From the NCBI RefSeq assembly GCF_001186125.1, contig NW_014040441.1, positions 1-45,901 of the forward strand: 45,901 nucleotides of DNA. The letters are read 5' to 3'. A program made the position numbers and the translations under genes. Source of the DNA: Sphaeroforma arctica JP610. Lineage: Eukaryota. Shown here piece by piece: positions 27,273-40,234 of the stretch. The notes under the pieces are model-generated. The model did not search any database. It was not told the DNA's origin and saw nothing but the letters and a program-made list of their open reading frames with translations. Numbering within the stretch: the stretch's first letter is position 1; the number at the start of each line of letters is the position of its first letter.

Positions 27273-30200
27273 TTCGCGTGTGTTTATATAAGTATAGCGT
27301 ATTAGATATTGAGTTTGTATTCCATGATTTATGCGTATACCGAAGTTGTGTGCGTATGACCTTCGCGAGGCTCGTTCCCATATTTATTGTAGTCATCTCT
27401 CTATAGCGGGTGTTAGGGCAGGACAAGTATATATGCTAACGTATGCATGCATATACATCTCTGTACGTGTATATGTACCAATTTGTTTTGTATGTATTAC
27501 ATAGTCCCTTACACATACGGAGTATCCGTATATTCTAGATATAGCACCTGACATACACATCCGATGTTCATGGATACTATCCCCTAGAATGCGCAAAAGC
27601 ACATCTGCGGCAAAATATACTGTGAGCGATCATATGCTATTCTTGTGTAGCATTATCACGGTTGTACATAGTCTACTTATTTGTATACATACTCAATCCT
27701 CCTCTGAACTCAATCCACACAGATACCATCTCCCAGTTGGTGAACGGCAATGAGGTGTTCCTGTACCTGTACAAGGAGTTGTACTACCGCCACATATACG
27801 CCAAGCTCAACCCAACCCTCGAGCAGCGGTATGTGCATTTGACTTGTATGTATCTCTAAATTCTGAACAAGGCGTTGTGTATGAACGTTTACGGTGGATA
27901 GCTTGACTGTAGTTCAGGAGTGTGCACACTCGACTTGCAATGAGTTTATATCTGCAACAGGACGCGGTGTGCGCACGTGGCTTTATATTGAAAATATGTA
28001 ATGCACGCACACGTATTGATAGCTTGCTTAACGTATTAAATGCTTGCTTACAGCTCGAGGGTATGCCTCGACTGGCAAGTATCTATATCTGAAATACTAT
28101 AAAGTGTTGTGTATGTGTCTAGACGCGAAATAGAAGTGTGTACACGTGTTCGAACATTTAAGCCAATGAGAATCCAGTTAATCACGAGATGCGCCCGAAT
28201 ACAGGTATTTAAACCAATGAAAATGGCGAATCGTCCTGATTGTCTGCCGCTGTACATTCTCATCGCAGGTTCGAGTCGTTTGAGAATTACTGCGATCTGT
28301 TCAACTATATCCTCAACCCAGAGGGACCCGTCGACCTTGAGATGCCCACCCCATGGCTGTGGGATATCATTGATGAGTTCATCTACCAGTTCCAAGCCTA
28401 CTGCCAGTTTAAGTCGGTGCACAAGGGCCGTTCCATGCAGGTAAATACACACGATACGGCCATATATATATATATATATATACACTCGCACATATATATA
28501 CAATATATATATGGATGTGTTTATATGTTTATATACCTATAGATACAATCATACATATGCGAATCTAAATGAGTAGCCCAGCATGTATATGCATTTGCAT
28601 ACGCATTGTCGAATTCAAAATCAGTTGTCTTTTCAAAATAATTTCTGTTGTAGACGTATTCTGGGTTGATCAGTTTCATATACTTTTTTCTGTACATTCA
28701 ATCCGAGTAGTCAGACACTCGTGCTGTCCCTGTGGCGCAGTGTTGGCTGACCACAAGTCTTGTTTATCAATTCTATAAATAGACGGCCACCTAAATCTGT
28801 GTCTTGGTTCTTTTTTTATTCTTTAAACTTATCAGATATTCCATATATGTTTTACATTGTATTTTAAGATGTTATTATATATATCGGGAACCACTCATCC
28901 ATTCTTGTTACTAATAACCACCTATCCTTTCTCACTAATAACACCTATCCTTTCTTCTTACTAATAACCGCTTGTTTACCCTCACAGGATGTAGAACATA
29001 TCAACAACAACCCCCACATCTGGGATGTCCAGAGTGTGTTGAAGATCCTCTACTCTGTGGTGGAGCAATCCAAGATCAATGACCAGCTCATTGCCTTCAA
29101 GAATGGGTCCGACCCAGCCCTCGTGTCTGGTAAGTTCGATGTATAATACATACCGTCCATGGGTTTTAGTCCATAAATGTGCGTATTTGTGCGTACATGT
29201 ACATACATGTTCAACCGCAAATGTAATTGCCCTTAGAGCATACAGTTCCACACTTAACTATATATATGTGTATGTGTGTAAATGTATGTATGCACAGTAT
29301 ATGCTCTGGGGTACTATTCTGTTTGTGCGGGTTCATTATCCTTTGTTCGTGCACTTTGTCTGTTGATCGCCTATGTTCCTATGGGATCTCCTGTGCATAT
29401 CACGTTGGTTGTACTGCTTTGTAGTAGGTATTTTGTATGTAGGTTACAAACGCGTTCTAAGCTTTTCAATTCAAACACCTTGATTCAATAACAGATCACT
29501 TTCCTCGTCATCCACTACTTGCCGAATCTTAAGCTATCTCTTAACCCAATTCCAGAGTCTCTGATACTTCAAGACCTATCTTCCGTCTCAAACACACTCC
29601 ACATTTTCCATACTCCCATTTATAGACCCATCTCCCGTCTCCAATACACCCCACTTCATCCCACTCACCCACTCGCAGGCATTTACGGCGGGCACCAACT
29701 GTACCGCCAGCTGGGCTACTTCTCGCTCATTGGTCTGTGTCGGGTGCACTGCATCCTGGGAGACTACTACACCTCGCTTAAGGTGTTGGAGCATGTAGAG
29801 CTTAACAAGAAGGGTATCATGGGCGTGCCTGCGTGCCAGACCACCACGTATTACTATGTGGCCTTTGCGTACATGATGATGCGAAGAAACAAGGACACCA
29901 TCCGTGTGTTGTCGAGTATCCTTACCTACATCCACCGCACCAAGCAGTTCAATGCGCACTCGTACCAGGTATGCGTGGGTGTGTGGATAAGTATTTACAT
30001 GTGTGTGTGCACGAATATATATATAAATATATATACTATCATTCAACATTTGTTTAGCCAATCACTTATACACATTTATATATACTAATGCCCCATAAAC
30101 AGTACACAGACAAAGAAGAATGAACAGGTGTATGCCATGCTGGCCATTGCCTACAACACACTCACTTCACTCAACATCTATATGTATATATGCATGTATA

Positions 30201-32979
30201 CCCACTCTCACACACTTTCCATATCCAATTGTATCCTAAACTCTCTATCCCATATACAAACCTCTTCTCAACAGTACGAAGACATCCAGAAGAAGAATGA
30301 GCAGATGTACGCCATGCTGGCTATTGCTGTGTCGCTGTCACCCACACGTCTGGACGACAACTTGGACCAACAACTGAGAGAGAAGTTCGGTGATAAGATG
30401 CAGAGGATCCAGCGGGGAGAGGATGCTCTCGAGGGCTTTAAGGAGTTGTTTATGTTCTGCTCGCCCAAGTTTGTGACCCCAGTCGGTCCTCCCGCGGATG
30501 GAACAGGTACGGTTGGCTGTGGTGGATGTATTGATTCTCGTGTGGTGTAGCGTGGGGGCGGTGTGTGTATCATCTTTTTGGTTGTGGAGGCACATGGTGT
30601 AAGGTGACGTCTTGATTCTGTTCATAGGCACACATGGCATAGGGAGTATTCAATTCCTTGTGTTCTCGTTGATTGCTCAGTTTGTAACGTAGCGCAAGAT
30701 AGACCCTTCGCGCACTCGAGAGAATTGCCATATGATCACCGAAAAATCAACTGTTATTTCGTCTTCGATTGCTTTTTCTGTCACCTATTGCTTATTCTGT
30801 CACCTATTGCTTATTTCGTCTTCGATTGCTTATTTAGTCACCTATTACTTTTTCTATCATCGATTGCTCATTCTGCCACTTGTTGCTTATTTCGTCATCG
30901 ATTGCTTATTCAGTCACCTATTAATTCTGTCATCGATTGCTCATTCTGCCACTTGTTGCTTATTTTGTCATCGATTGCTTATTCAGTCATCTATTACTTC
31001 TTCTGTCATCGATTGCTCATTCTGCCACCTGTAGCTTATTTTGTCATCGATTGCTTATTCTGTCACCCAGTGCAAGACTACGCCTTGGCTGCCCAAGCAA
31101 AGCAGATGAAGCTGTTCCTGGCTGATGTCGGACAACAGGTGGACGTCCCCACAATCCGCTCATACCTCAAGCTCTACACTACTATGCCTATCAGGTAACT
31201 ATGGCTAGTGGGATTGTTTGTTATGTGTGTGTGACATTACTACACTATATCTCGTACAAACGGATATATCACACTACTATGCCTATCAGGTAACTGTGGC
31301 TAGTGGGATTGTTTGGTATGTATGTGTGACTTTACTACACTAGCTCTTACGAATGTATATACTACACTACTATGCCTATCAGGTAACTGTGGCTAGTGGG
31401 ATTGTTTGTTATGTTTGTGTGACATTACTACACTATAGCTCTTACGAATGTATATACTACACTACTATGCCTATCAGGTAACTGTGGCCAGTGGGATTGT
31501 TTGTTATGTGTGTGACATTACCACACCTTAGCTCATACATATGAATATGATGTCATTCACATACACCTATACATGCACTCACACAGACTCAGCTCACAAT
31601 TGTGTGCGCTATGAAATTGCTATACTCCTTTTCAAAACCGCCTGCAAACTGGCCGCTTTCATCTCAGCCAACGAAAAACATATCTCACACACCTATTCTT
31701 GTACACGCGTAAACGCTTTAATCAATATGTCCTAATAATCTTATATTCGTTTCTTCGCTACAACGATGTAACCAACATATTCTATCAGTCTCAAATTTAT
31801 TTATCGACAATAACGCTGTAATTAGTATGTCCCAATAATCTTTAATTTCTTTTCTCCGCCATAACGTTGTCACCAGCATGTCTTCACATATCACACCTAC
31901 CTATTGTACACGCGTAAACGCTGTAATCAATATGTCCTAATACCCTTAAATTCTTTTCTCCGCTATAACGATATCACTAGCATGTCTTCATAATCTTAAT
32001 ATTACCTTGTTCATAACCCCTACAGCAAACTAGCCACATTCATCCAAACCGACGAAGAAACCTTCCGCACATATCTCTTCCTGTACAAGCACAAGCTCAG
32101 CTCAGTGAGTTGGTCAGAGGGGTCGCCTCTGACGGGCGAGCGAACAAGCGGCAGTGACGTGGACTTCTACTTGGACGCGGACATGATCCACATAGCCGAT
32201 ACGAAGATAGAGCGTCGATTTGGCCAGTACTACTTACGACAGGTGTGTGTGGTGAGGGTTCGATGTAGTTCGTGTAGTATGCTGTCACACATAGTTAAAT
32301 ATAACGGTGTGTCGTGTCGGATTGTTTATGCGCTTTGCTTGCGCTTATTATTTATGTCGTTGTGTTTGTGATATAGTGCCACCGTATAGTATAGCGCAAT
32401 GTAGCGTACTATAACGTAGTTTAGTGTAGTTAAGTGTATTTTATTGTAATATGGTGTAGTATAGCGTGTATCCTTCGGTTGTGCTATGGTTCATTATAGC
32501 GCAATGTAGCGTGAAATAACGTAATTTAGTGTAGTATGGTGTATCGTAGCGTGTATCCTTCGCATGTGTGCATGCTTACGTGGATGTGTCTGGAGATGGT
32601 TCTTTGAAGTTTGTATCATTATGTAATATGGCGTAAACGTCCTTCGCTTGTGCACATACGTACGTCGGCATAATCCCCTCTCATAGCATATATTTGCCTG
32701 TGCCCGCTTTCATACGTATTTATAAACGCAGTAATGTATGCAATCATCCGTATGCAGGCAAAAATTTACCATAATTAAACTTCTACTCGAATGAGAATCT
32801 TGAAAAACGTTGTATTATATGCAAGCATCTATATGCAGACAGACATGTACTATAATTAAACTTCTACTCAAGTGAATATCTATCTCGACCTCAAACCACA
32901 TCTCTATACCCATCGCAATACACAGGTCGATAAGCTTGCTGCCATCCAGCGCTCAATGCAAAGAAAACTGTGGAACTAA
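25945..32979 (+). CDS. EIF3L: Eukaryotic translation initiation factor 3 subunit L, ~537 aa, 9 exons
   Basis: Exons 25945-26221, 27723-27828, 28269-28440, 28988-29129, 29679-29968, 30275-30506, 31071-31194, 32026-32242 and 32926-32979 are GT-AG with consistent phase (1614 nt). Motifs: LYKELYYRHIYA, WLWDIIDEFIYQFQAYCQF, LGYFSLIGLCRVHCILGDYY, YYVAFAYMMMRR, CSPKF, TIRSYLKLYTTM, DFYLDADMIHIADTK. Confidence 0.96.
30755..31068. repeat. Intronic minisatellite, ~19-20 bp unit (gtcatcgattgcttattct), running up to an eIF3L acceptor
   Basis: The tandem units are directly visible; the last unit merges into the acceptor tgtcacccag at 31061-31070. Confidence 0.9.
31175..31535 (+). repeat. ~95-bp tandem repeat (4 copies) containing the eIF3L exon-7 3' end and splice donor
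   Basis: acactactatgcctatcag|gtaact occurs at ~31176, ~31271, ~31364 and ~31459. Confidence 0.92.
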
Positions 32980-34160
32980 GTCCAAGTATTTTAGTATGAT
33001 CGTCTAGCCTGGCACTCGAGATCATCGGACAGTCCGACCACCGGAGAACTGACACTCGGTCAATTTAAAAATTGGATTCCCGTCTGGTCATAGTATACGA
33101 CGGCCACCGTAGCGAATACGGACGCATATCTTTAAGTACGGAGACAAGGACGTTGCTAAAGTCTTTTGTACGCCATGGTATAGAGCACTACGTATTCTAT
33201 GGGGGGATATAGGTACATATAACCGTTGATAAAGTCTTTGTACATATAACCGTTAAGGGTGTGTAGCGGACATGTTATTTGAAGTGCCGGGAGTGCTCAT
33301 AGGTTATTGAGAGTGTGCTTTGATTTAGCCTCGATGCGTTCTAACGCAATGGGTGTGGCGTTGTAGGAGAGTCGGAAGGAATAAACTGACGAAACTGAGT
33401 TGTCTCATGGCGTCACAACGGTTGTGTGCTCTCTAGTTGCAGAGTTGGAGGATCCATTTCCGAACCCCAAAACTTTGAACAGTTGTATATTTATGCACTA
33501 GTTGGAGAACACCTACCCGAATTCAGTTGATATTTAGGCTAATTGGATAACACCTACCCGAATCGATTCGCAGAAATACCCGATTGTTGTCATTCATTTT
33601 TAACATTTGTTACTTTTTAATTTGTTTGTACCTACTCGATTAAAATCGTAGATATGATACCTTTTATTTTGTTTATAGGTACCCGATTTAAATCGAAGGC
33701 ATGATACCTTTTAGTTTGTTTATACCTACCCAATTTAAATTATAGACATGGATATGGAACGACAAGGTCTCATCCACACTCGCACTCGATAGTTATCATT
33801 CAAACGACCAAGTTTTAATATTTGATACCTACCAATGTGTTAAAATACCTACGTAGGCATATTCAGTGGTAGATTTAACCCTATTTAACTCAGCTAGTTT
33901 TAAGCCCCCTCCGCAAATAAATCGGCCGCGTCGACATTGAACGGAATAAAGTAGGATAGAGCATGAAGTACGGCTTTTCCGACGAGGAGAATTTGAATTT
34001 ACTATTATTATATTGATGCTTTGCCTCTTGAAGAACAAGAAGGCTATAATTATTGACGTACGACTCTTTGGACGAGGCCAATTTAAATCCTTATCTATTA
34101 TCACTGAATTGGAAATGGGTTTAGTTTTTTATTGGGATCAATAATCGGGTCATGTCCCAA

Positions 34161-35993
34161 TTAGACTGTGGGGTCGTCTCTGCGGTTGATGTTCTGCCAC
34201 GCACGCTTCGTTCGCGCTTCCCTTATACTGTTCGCCACTGTCAGCAGCTTAGCGTCTCTCTGTATGGTGGGGGACGGTAGAGACATTTAGGAAAACCTTA
34301 AACCCTATGGAAGGAAGTGTGGTACTGAGCTGTAACCACCCGAGTACGGACCACGGTGGATCTTGGTCAGTAGAAAGATAGGGTACTGACGCGTATGGGG
34401 TATGCCGTGAAGCAAGTGCTGAACCAGACACAAAGAAAAATGGTCGATATCTAATAAACACAGCATGACTGTCTTATGATAACACTACCAGACCTTTAAA
34501 ACAACAAATCTTCTGAATACAAAATACATATCTTATCGAATCGAGAATACTAACAGATCTTGTGAAGTATCATACATCGTATTACTAACCACACGACTTC
34601 TTTTTATGACATATTAATGTATGCTTGATGATGTATCGATGCATGCTTGATGATACATTGATGCATGCTTCGTGGTGTATTGATACGTGCTTACATTCCA
34701 CCTGGCGAATTCATCCGAACCAATTGTGCTGGGCCCAATGGCGGCGATGTGTGTGGGATCCAGCAGCGAATCAACCAGCCGCAGTGTACCGGCTGTCAGT
34801 GTGTATAGTAGTGAACCCGGTGAGGAAGATGCAGTGAAAACGAGTTTCAACCACAGAAAAACCAGGTTGAAACAATGTAAACCGGGTTAAAATACCGCAA
34901 ATCAGGTTTACAGTGCTTGGGTGTGAGCGGAGCTGAAATCCGTCACGGTGTGCAAAATCGACATCGGGCATGTTCACATACTAGAGCGGTATATTCAATA
35001 TAGAATGCAAACTCGGACCTTCTCAATCCAACTCCAAACTAAGGCGAGAACAGGCGAGTAAAACTCTTATATACATATAGGAAAACCTGGTTTATACAGC
35101 ATGTTGGAAAACCCTGGTTTATACATGCTCTTTTAACGGGGTTGTGCCGTATCCACTGACACGTACTCACTGTTGTCCTACATACCAAGTGCGAGGTGCG
35201 TCTCATCATCCGCCGGAGGAAGCTCCGACAGGGCAGAGAGCGCCAGAATCTGGTTCATCAAACTCTCTGTGTGTCTGTATTATAGCATACGTTATAATGA
35301 TATGTACAGGCACACATAATAAAGTGTACAGACACACACTATAATAACCTGTAAAGGCACACTTTATAATAATATGTACAAGCACACATTACAATAATAT
35401 GCATAGGAAGTAGGTGACAGCATACGTTACCATATGAATACACATTCTAATGATATGTACAGGTACGCATTACTAGAATATGTACAGGCACACAGTACAA
35501 AAATATGCATAGTAAGTAGGTGACAGCATACGCTATCATATGAATATACATTATAACGTACCATAACGCACATTGGGATGTGGATTGAGGAGTGATCTCA
35601 TCCATATGTAGTGCTTTCGCTAAATTTGAACTGGCGCGCAAGATCGCCTACCTACCCTGAAGGCAAATTCAGATCCAGCGAAAGGCTCATGTGGTAACCT
35701 AGCAACGCAGCGGTGACGTATGTGTCCTCGATGGTTCGGAAGGGCTTCATGTAGCAATCATATCCATCCCCTGAGTTGCATTAAAAACGAACTGTCAGAA
35801 AACCATAAAACCCTAGAAGTGCTTGCCAACATATACAGATATACCCTTTATAAAGAAATATATGTAAATGAATGAAATATGTCTAGGTACCTTGTTTGAA
35901 TGAGATATATATAAGTAATCTTTCTTAATAAATATATATAAGTGAATGAAATATACACAGGTATACTTTTTAAATGAAATATATACAAGTTGG

Positions 35994-36067
<74 letters not shown>

Positions 36068-37356
36068 GTATATACATGTATATATATGTATACAGATATA
36101 TACAGATATATACATATAAACATATATAATATATATATATATATATTATACATATATGAATTTATGCACAAACCCAACACACCTCTTATCTACATAAACC
36201 CAACACACTTGCATATATTGAAGTGCACTTTTTTATGCAGCTTATACAATTAAACACACTATAGTTGTATATGTCTGAGTACATACTATATGCTCTGCTG
36301 TCACTCTACCTGGTAATCAAATTATATATTTGAACATACCATAGCTCAATGTGTCCATTGTCACTCACCTGATAACCTATTTATATAATTGGACAAAACA
36401 CAACTCTGTCTAATACCATGTCTAACGATACTCTACCTGGTAGTATCGCTTCGACGCCGTGGACTGGTTTTATCTCAGTCGCTGTCATGTGTAGTTCTGC
36501 ATGTGATATTTCGGGGATGAAGCTCATCTCCGGCTTACGCTGCAGGCGCACTCCTGGACAACCATCAACCCAATTATTTTAAGAAGAGTGTAATTTTTTT
36601 TTGAATTAGATCGTCGTGAATTGAACTGGGACACTTTAAGAACTGCAATACATTTTTTAAAGAAGAGTGTGAAAAAATAAAATTAGATCGATTCAAAATG
36701 AATTGGAACACTTCTTTAAATTACAACACATTTTAGAGTGCGAAAAAGGGATTGGATCGACACAAAGGGAATTGGGACATTCCTATACGACCACAACACA
36801 TTTATATACACATCAATGGAGTAACACTACTGTGCAAAGTCACACTCAGAAGTATATGCTTGTATTACTCATCCATACTTAGAAGTATATGTCTGTCCTA
36901 CTCATCCATACTTAGAAATCTATGTATGTCCTACTCATCCATCCTTAGAAGTATATGTCTGTCCTACTCATCCATACTTAGAAGTACAAGTCTGTCTTAC
37001 TCATCCATCTACACGGGCAATACAATACATCAAGGGAATAACGTTGACTGTACAAGTACCCCAGGTACAAGTATAAGTACACTCTATCACACCACCCTCA
37101 CCTTCCCCGTCCGCAGATAGCAACACCATCTTCAGCTTCGGCGTGGCCCTGTCGTTGATTTCAGAGCCATTCTTCGCCGCCACAAGCACATACTTCGCCT
37201 CCATCCCACAGCTAACAAAGGACTTAGATCCAGTGATGTGGCCATCTGTAGTGTGAGGGTAGGTATGTGGTGAAGGAAAGTTAGTTAGTTAATCTTTGTG
37301 TGTGTGTCAACTTTGTCGAATAGCCAAAATGAGTATGAATTAACACTGCAGTAACG

Positions 37357-37387
<31 letters not shown>

Positions 37388-37444
37388 ATGTACATATATA
37401 GAATATATAATATACATAAATATATATATATGTATGTATGTATG

Positions 37445-37508
<64 letters not shown>

Positions 37509-37911
37509 ATATATNNNNNNNNNNNNNNNNNNNNNNNNNNNNNNNNNNNNNNNNNNNNNNNNNNNNNNNNNNNNNNNNNNNNNNNNNNNNNNNNNNNNNN
37601 NNNNNNNNNNNNNNNNNNNNNNNNNNNNNNNNNNNNNNNNNNNNNNNNNNNNNNNNNNNNNNNNNNNNNNNNNNNNNNNNNNNNNNNNNNNNNNNNNNNN
37701 NNNNNNNNNNNNNNNNNNNNNNNNNNNNNNNNNNNNNNNNNNNNNNNNNNNNNNNNNNNNNNNNNNNNNNNNNNNNNNNNNNNNNNNNNNNNNNNNNNNN
37801 NNNNNNNNNNNNNNNNNNNNNNNNNNNNNNNNNNNNNNNNNNNNNNNNNNNNNNNNNNNNNNNNNNNNNNNNNNNNNNNNNNNNNNNNNNNNNNNNNNNN
37901 NNNNNNNNNNN

Positions 37912-37954
<43 letters not shown>

Positions 37955-40234
37955 GTTACATATATAATACATATACATAAACATATACTTGGATATATAC
38001 ATATAGATATGTATTCGTAAAATAATATATGGTCCCCTACATACAGATGTATATATAATGGGGACATGTGTGGCTGTACCTTTAATACATGTGTCTATAT
38101 TCCGTGGTCGGTTGCCCTGCTTCTCTGTGATGCAGAACGCGGCCATGCTAAGCTCATTGGAGTTATCTAGTTTGGTGATATCCGGCACTAGCGTCCTGGT
38201 GTGTGTACGTTAAGGTAAGTGTTAGGCATTCTCAGCCCAAAGAGTAAAGTACCGTTGCTCTCACTCATTCCGGTAAGAACGAGTGTATAGTTTGTCATGC
38301 GCAGAGCGTATGCACACGCGCACATACACACATACATACACACACGCACACATACATACATACATACTTACATATACAAGTAAACTATCTGGCATCTTAA
38401 GATCGAATGCCACACCGGTGTCGCTTAACAACCAGTACGTAGCACACTTGTGTAGCATAACATACTATCAATAACAAATTCCCATAGCTATTCAGGTACA
38501 CGAATACCACACGCATGTAGCTTAGCAACCAATCTAATAACACGCTCTGGTTGCTTAGCAACCACCCAGAAACACACTCGTGTAGGTACCTTATGGCGCT
38601 CTGATACCCCGCAGCGAACGCGAAGGCCGGGTACTTTGACAGCGCACCGCCAAGAACCGCTTTATCGAATTGGGAGAACGACGAGGCTTCTAGTTGAATG
38701 CAGGTGTCGTATGCTTTCTGGAACAAAGAACACGTGGGATGATATAAACACGTGGGCTGACAAGAACAGATAGAAATGACACCATTAACCTGACATGTGT
38801 GTACAGGTGATATATATTTAGCAATAACACCATACACCTGACATGTGTGCACAGGTGATACATATAAAGTAATAACACCATACACCTGACATGTGTGCAC
38901 AGGTGATATATATATAGCAATAACACCATACACCTGACATGTGTGCACAGGTGATATATATATAGTAATAACACCATACACCTGACATGTGTGCACAGGT
39001 GATAGATATATAGCAATGACACCATACACCTGACATCTGTGCACAGGTGATAGGTATATAGCAATGACACCTAACACCTGACATGTGTGCACAGGTGATA
39101 TGTATATAGCAATGGCACCATACACCTGACATGTGTGCACAGGTGATGTGTATATAGCAATAACACCATATACCTCACATGTGTGCACAGGTGATAGATT
39201 TATAGCAACAATTACTTCTTAGGATTTGTTTGTGCTATTAGATATGTGTTGGAATACTTTCACAGTATCTGTACAAGGTCACAGCAAGTGTATGCATCAG
39301 CTGTGCACAATACGTTCCCCCCAGTGAGACCGTAAAGCAAGTGTAGACATGAGATATATGGCTATGACAGCAATTGGATTGCTTCAGACACAATAAGTTA
39401 TAACTGGATATGTGTAATTGTATAACTTATAGAACGTGCATGTGCCATATAGATTCACGCCAGAACCATATAGAAGTACGCTCCTGTGAGCATGTGCATA
39501 GACTAGAGACACAGGACGAGAACTTTGTGCTATAGCCCTTGAGTAGTTCTAAGATAGCCCTGAGTACAACAGAGCACGCGGATCAGACAGTCATCGTATT
39601 AACTATATATCTGAGCAACCCTATGGCAAGTAACCTACGGTAGTAAGTATATATATATGTGTATGCGCATTTGTCGAATATTATAGGCAAGTGTTTCCTA
39701 TAGCTATGTGTGCTTGTTATTCGTGGCTAGACTATTCCACCGACTGCAGATGATTGGCGTGGATATAGAACATCGCGGATTACAATAGGCGTGTATCAGA
39801 CAAGACATCCTATATATACGTGTGCAACTAAAATGCAAGTCGTAAATCAATGTGCTTGTGTACAGCTAAAACTCCATAAGTGAACCGCAGATCTCTTACT
39901 ACAACACCATGGATGCAATAATCGCCATATGCAATCTCTTGATGCAATATTCAGTTCTAGTACCACGTTCATGCTCTGCATTCTTTATGATTTGGTCTCG
40001 ATTCGTAAGAATATGGTAGATATACTTCAAATAGATGACGCGACAACTAACAATATAGTAGATACACATAATAGCTGATATTAATACTGTATGACAGCGT
40101 ACACATAGTGGTTTGCGCAGATCAAAAACTAAGTTAACCTTACCCACCTTCCACTGTGCGAAGCTCACTGCGCCCCCCTTTTGTATACTTTTCCGGTTAC
40201 GGAATATCCACGCCAAGGACTTTGTTGCACTCAT
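34161..40234 (-). CDS. Acyl-CoA dehydrogenase-like protein of the short (~300-330 aa) bacterial type, ~330 aa, 9 exons
   Basis: Exons 40234-40148, 38717-38590, 38195-38080, 37245-37102, 36553-36437, 35770-35656, 35274-35186, 34792-34695 and 34259-34161 are GT-AG with consistent phase (993 nt). Motifs: AVLGG..S..PAFAFAAGYQSAIR, AAFCITE.QGNRP, ITGSKSFVSCG..A..VLVAA, FIPEISHAEL, LPGDGYDCYMKPFRTIEDTYV, RWNRDAKLL.VA..IREARTKRAW. FCITE and GSKSFVS correspond to the ACAD FAD-binding motifs F.LTE and G.K.FIT. Confidence 0.85.
36848..37008. repeat. 33-bp intronic tandem repeat (tactcatccatacttagaagtatatgtctgtcc)
   Basis: About 5 copies are visible. Confidence 0.9.
38775..39208. repeat. 51-bp intronic tandem repeat with an internal inverted repeat (cacctg...caggtg)
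   Basis: About 8 copies of cacctgacatgtgtgcacaggtgatatatatatagcaataacaccata lie in the first intron of the ACAD-like gene. Confidence 0.92.

Noticed and set aside
33538..34165. Weak inverted similarity between 33538-33562 and 34143-34165 as transposon ends
   Set aside because: The match is short and gapped, has no TSD, and overlaps the ACAD stop codon.
35447..35655. Apparent in-frame TAG or frameshift in the ACAD-like gene (stop read-through or recoding)
   Set aside because: The TAG is part of the gtaggt donor at 35655-35650. Splicing to the exon at 35274-35186 restores a continuous homologous frame.
38397..39188. 263-aa repetitive ORF (VHTCQVYGVIAIYISP) as a repeat protein
   Set aside because: It arises from a 51-bp intronic minisatellite read in frame with ACAD exon 2. 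A good cag acceptor at 38720-38718 and a phase-matched upstream exon explain the gene without it.
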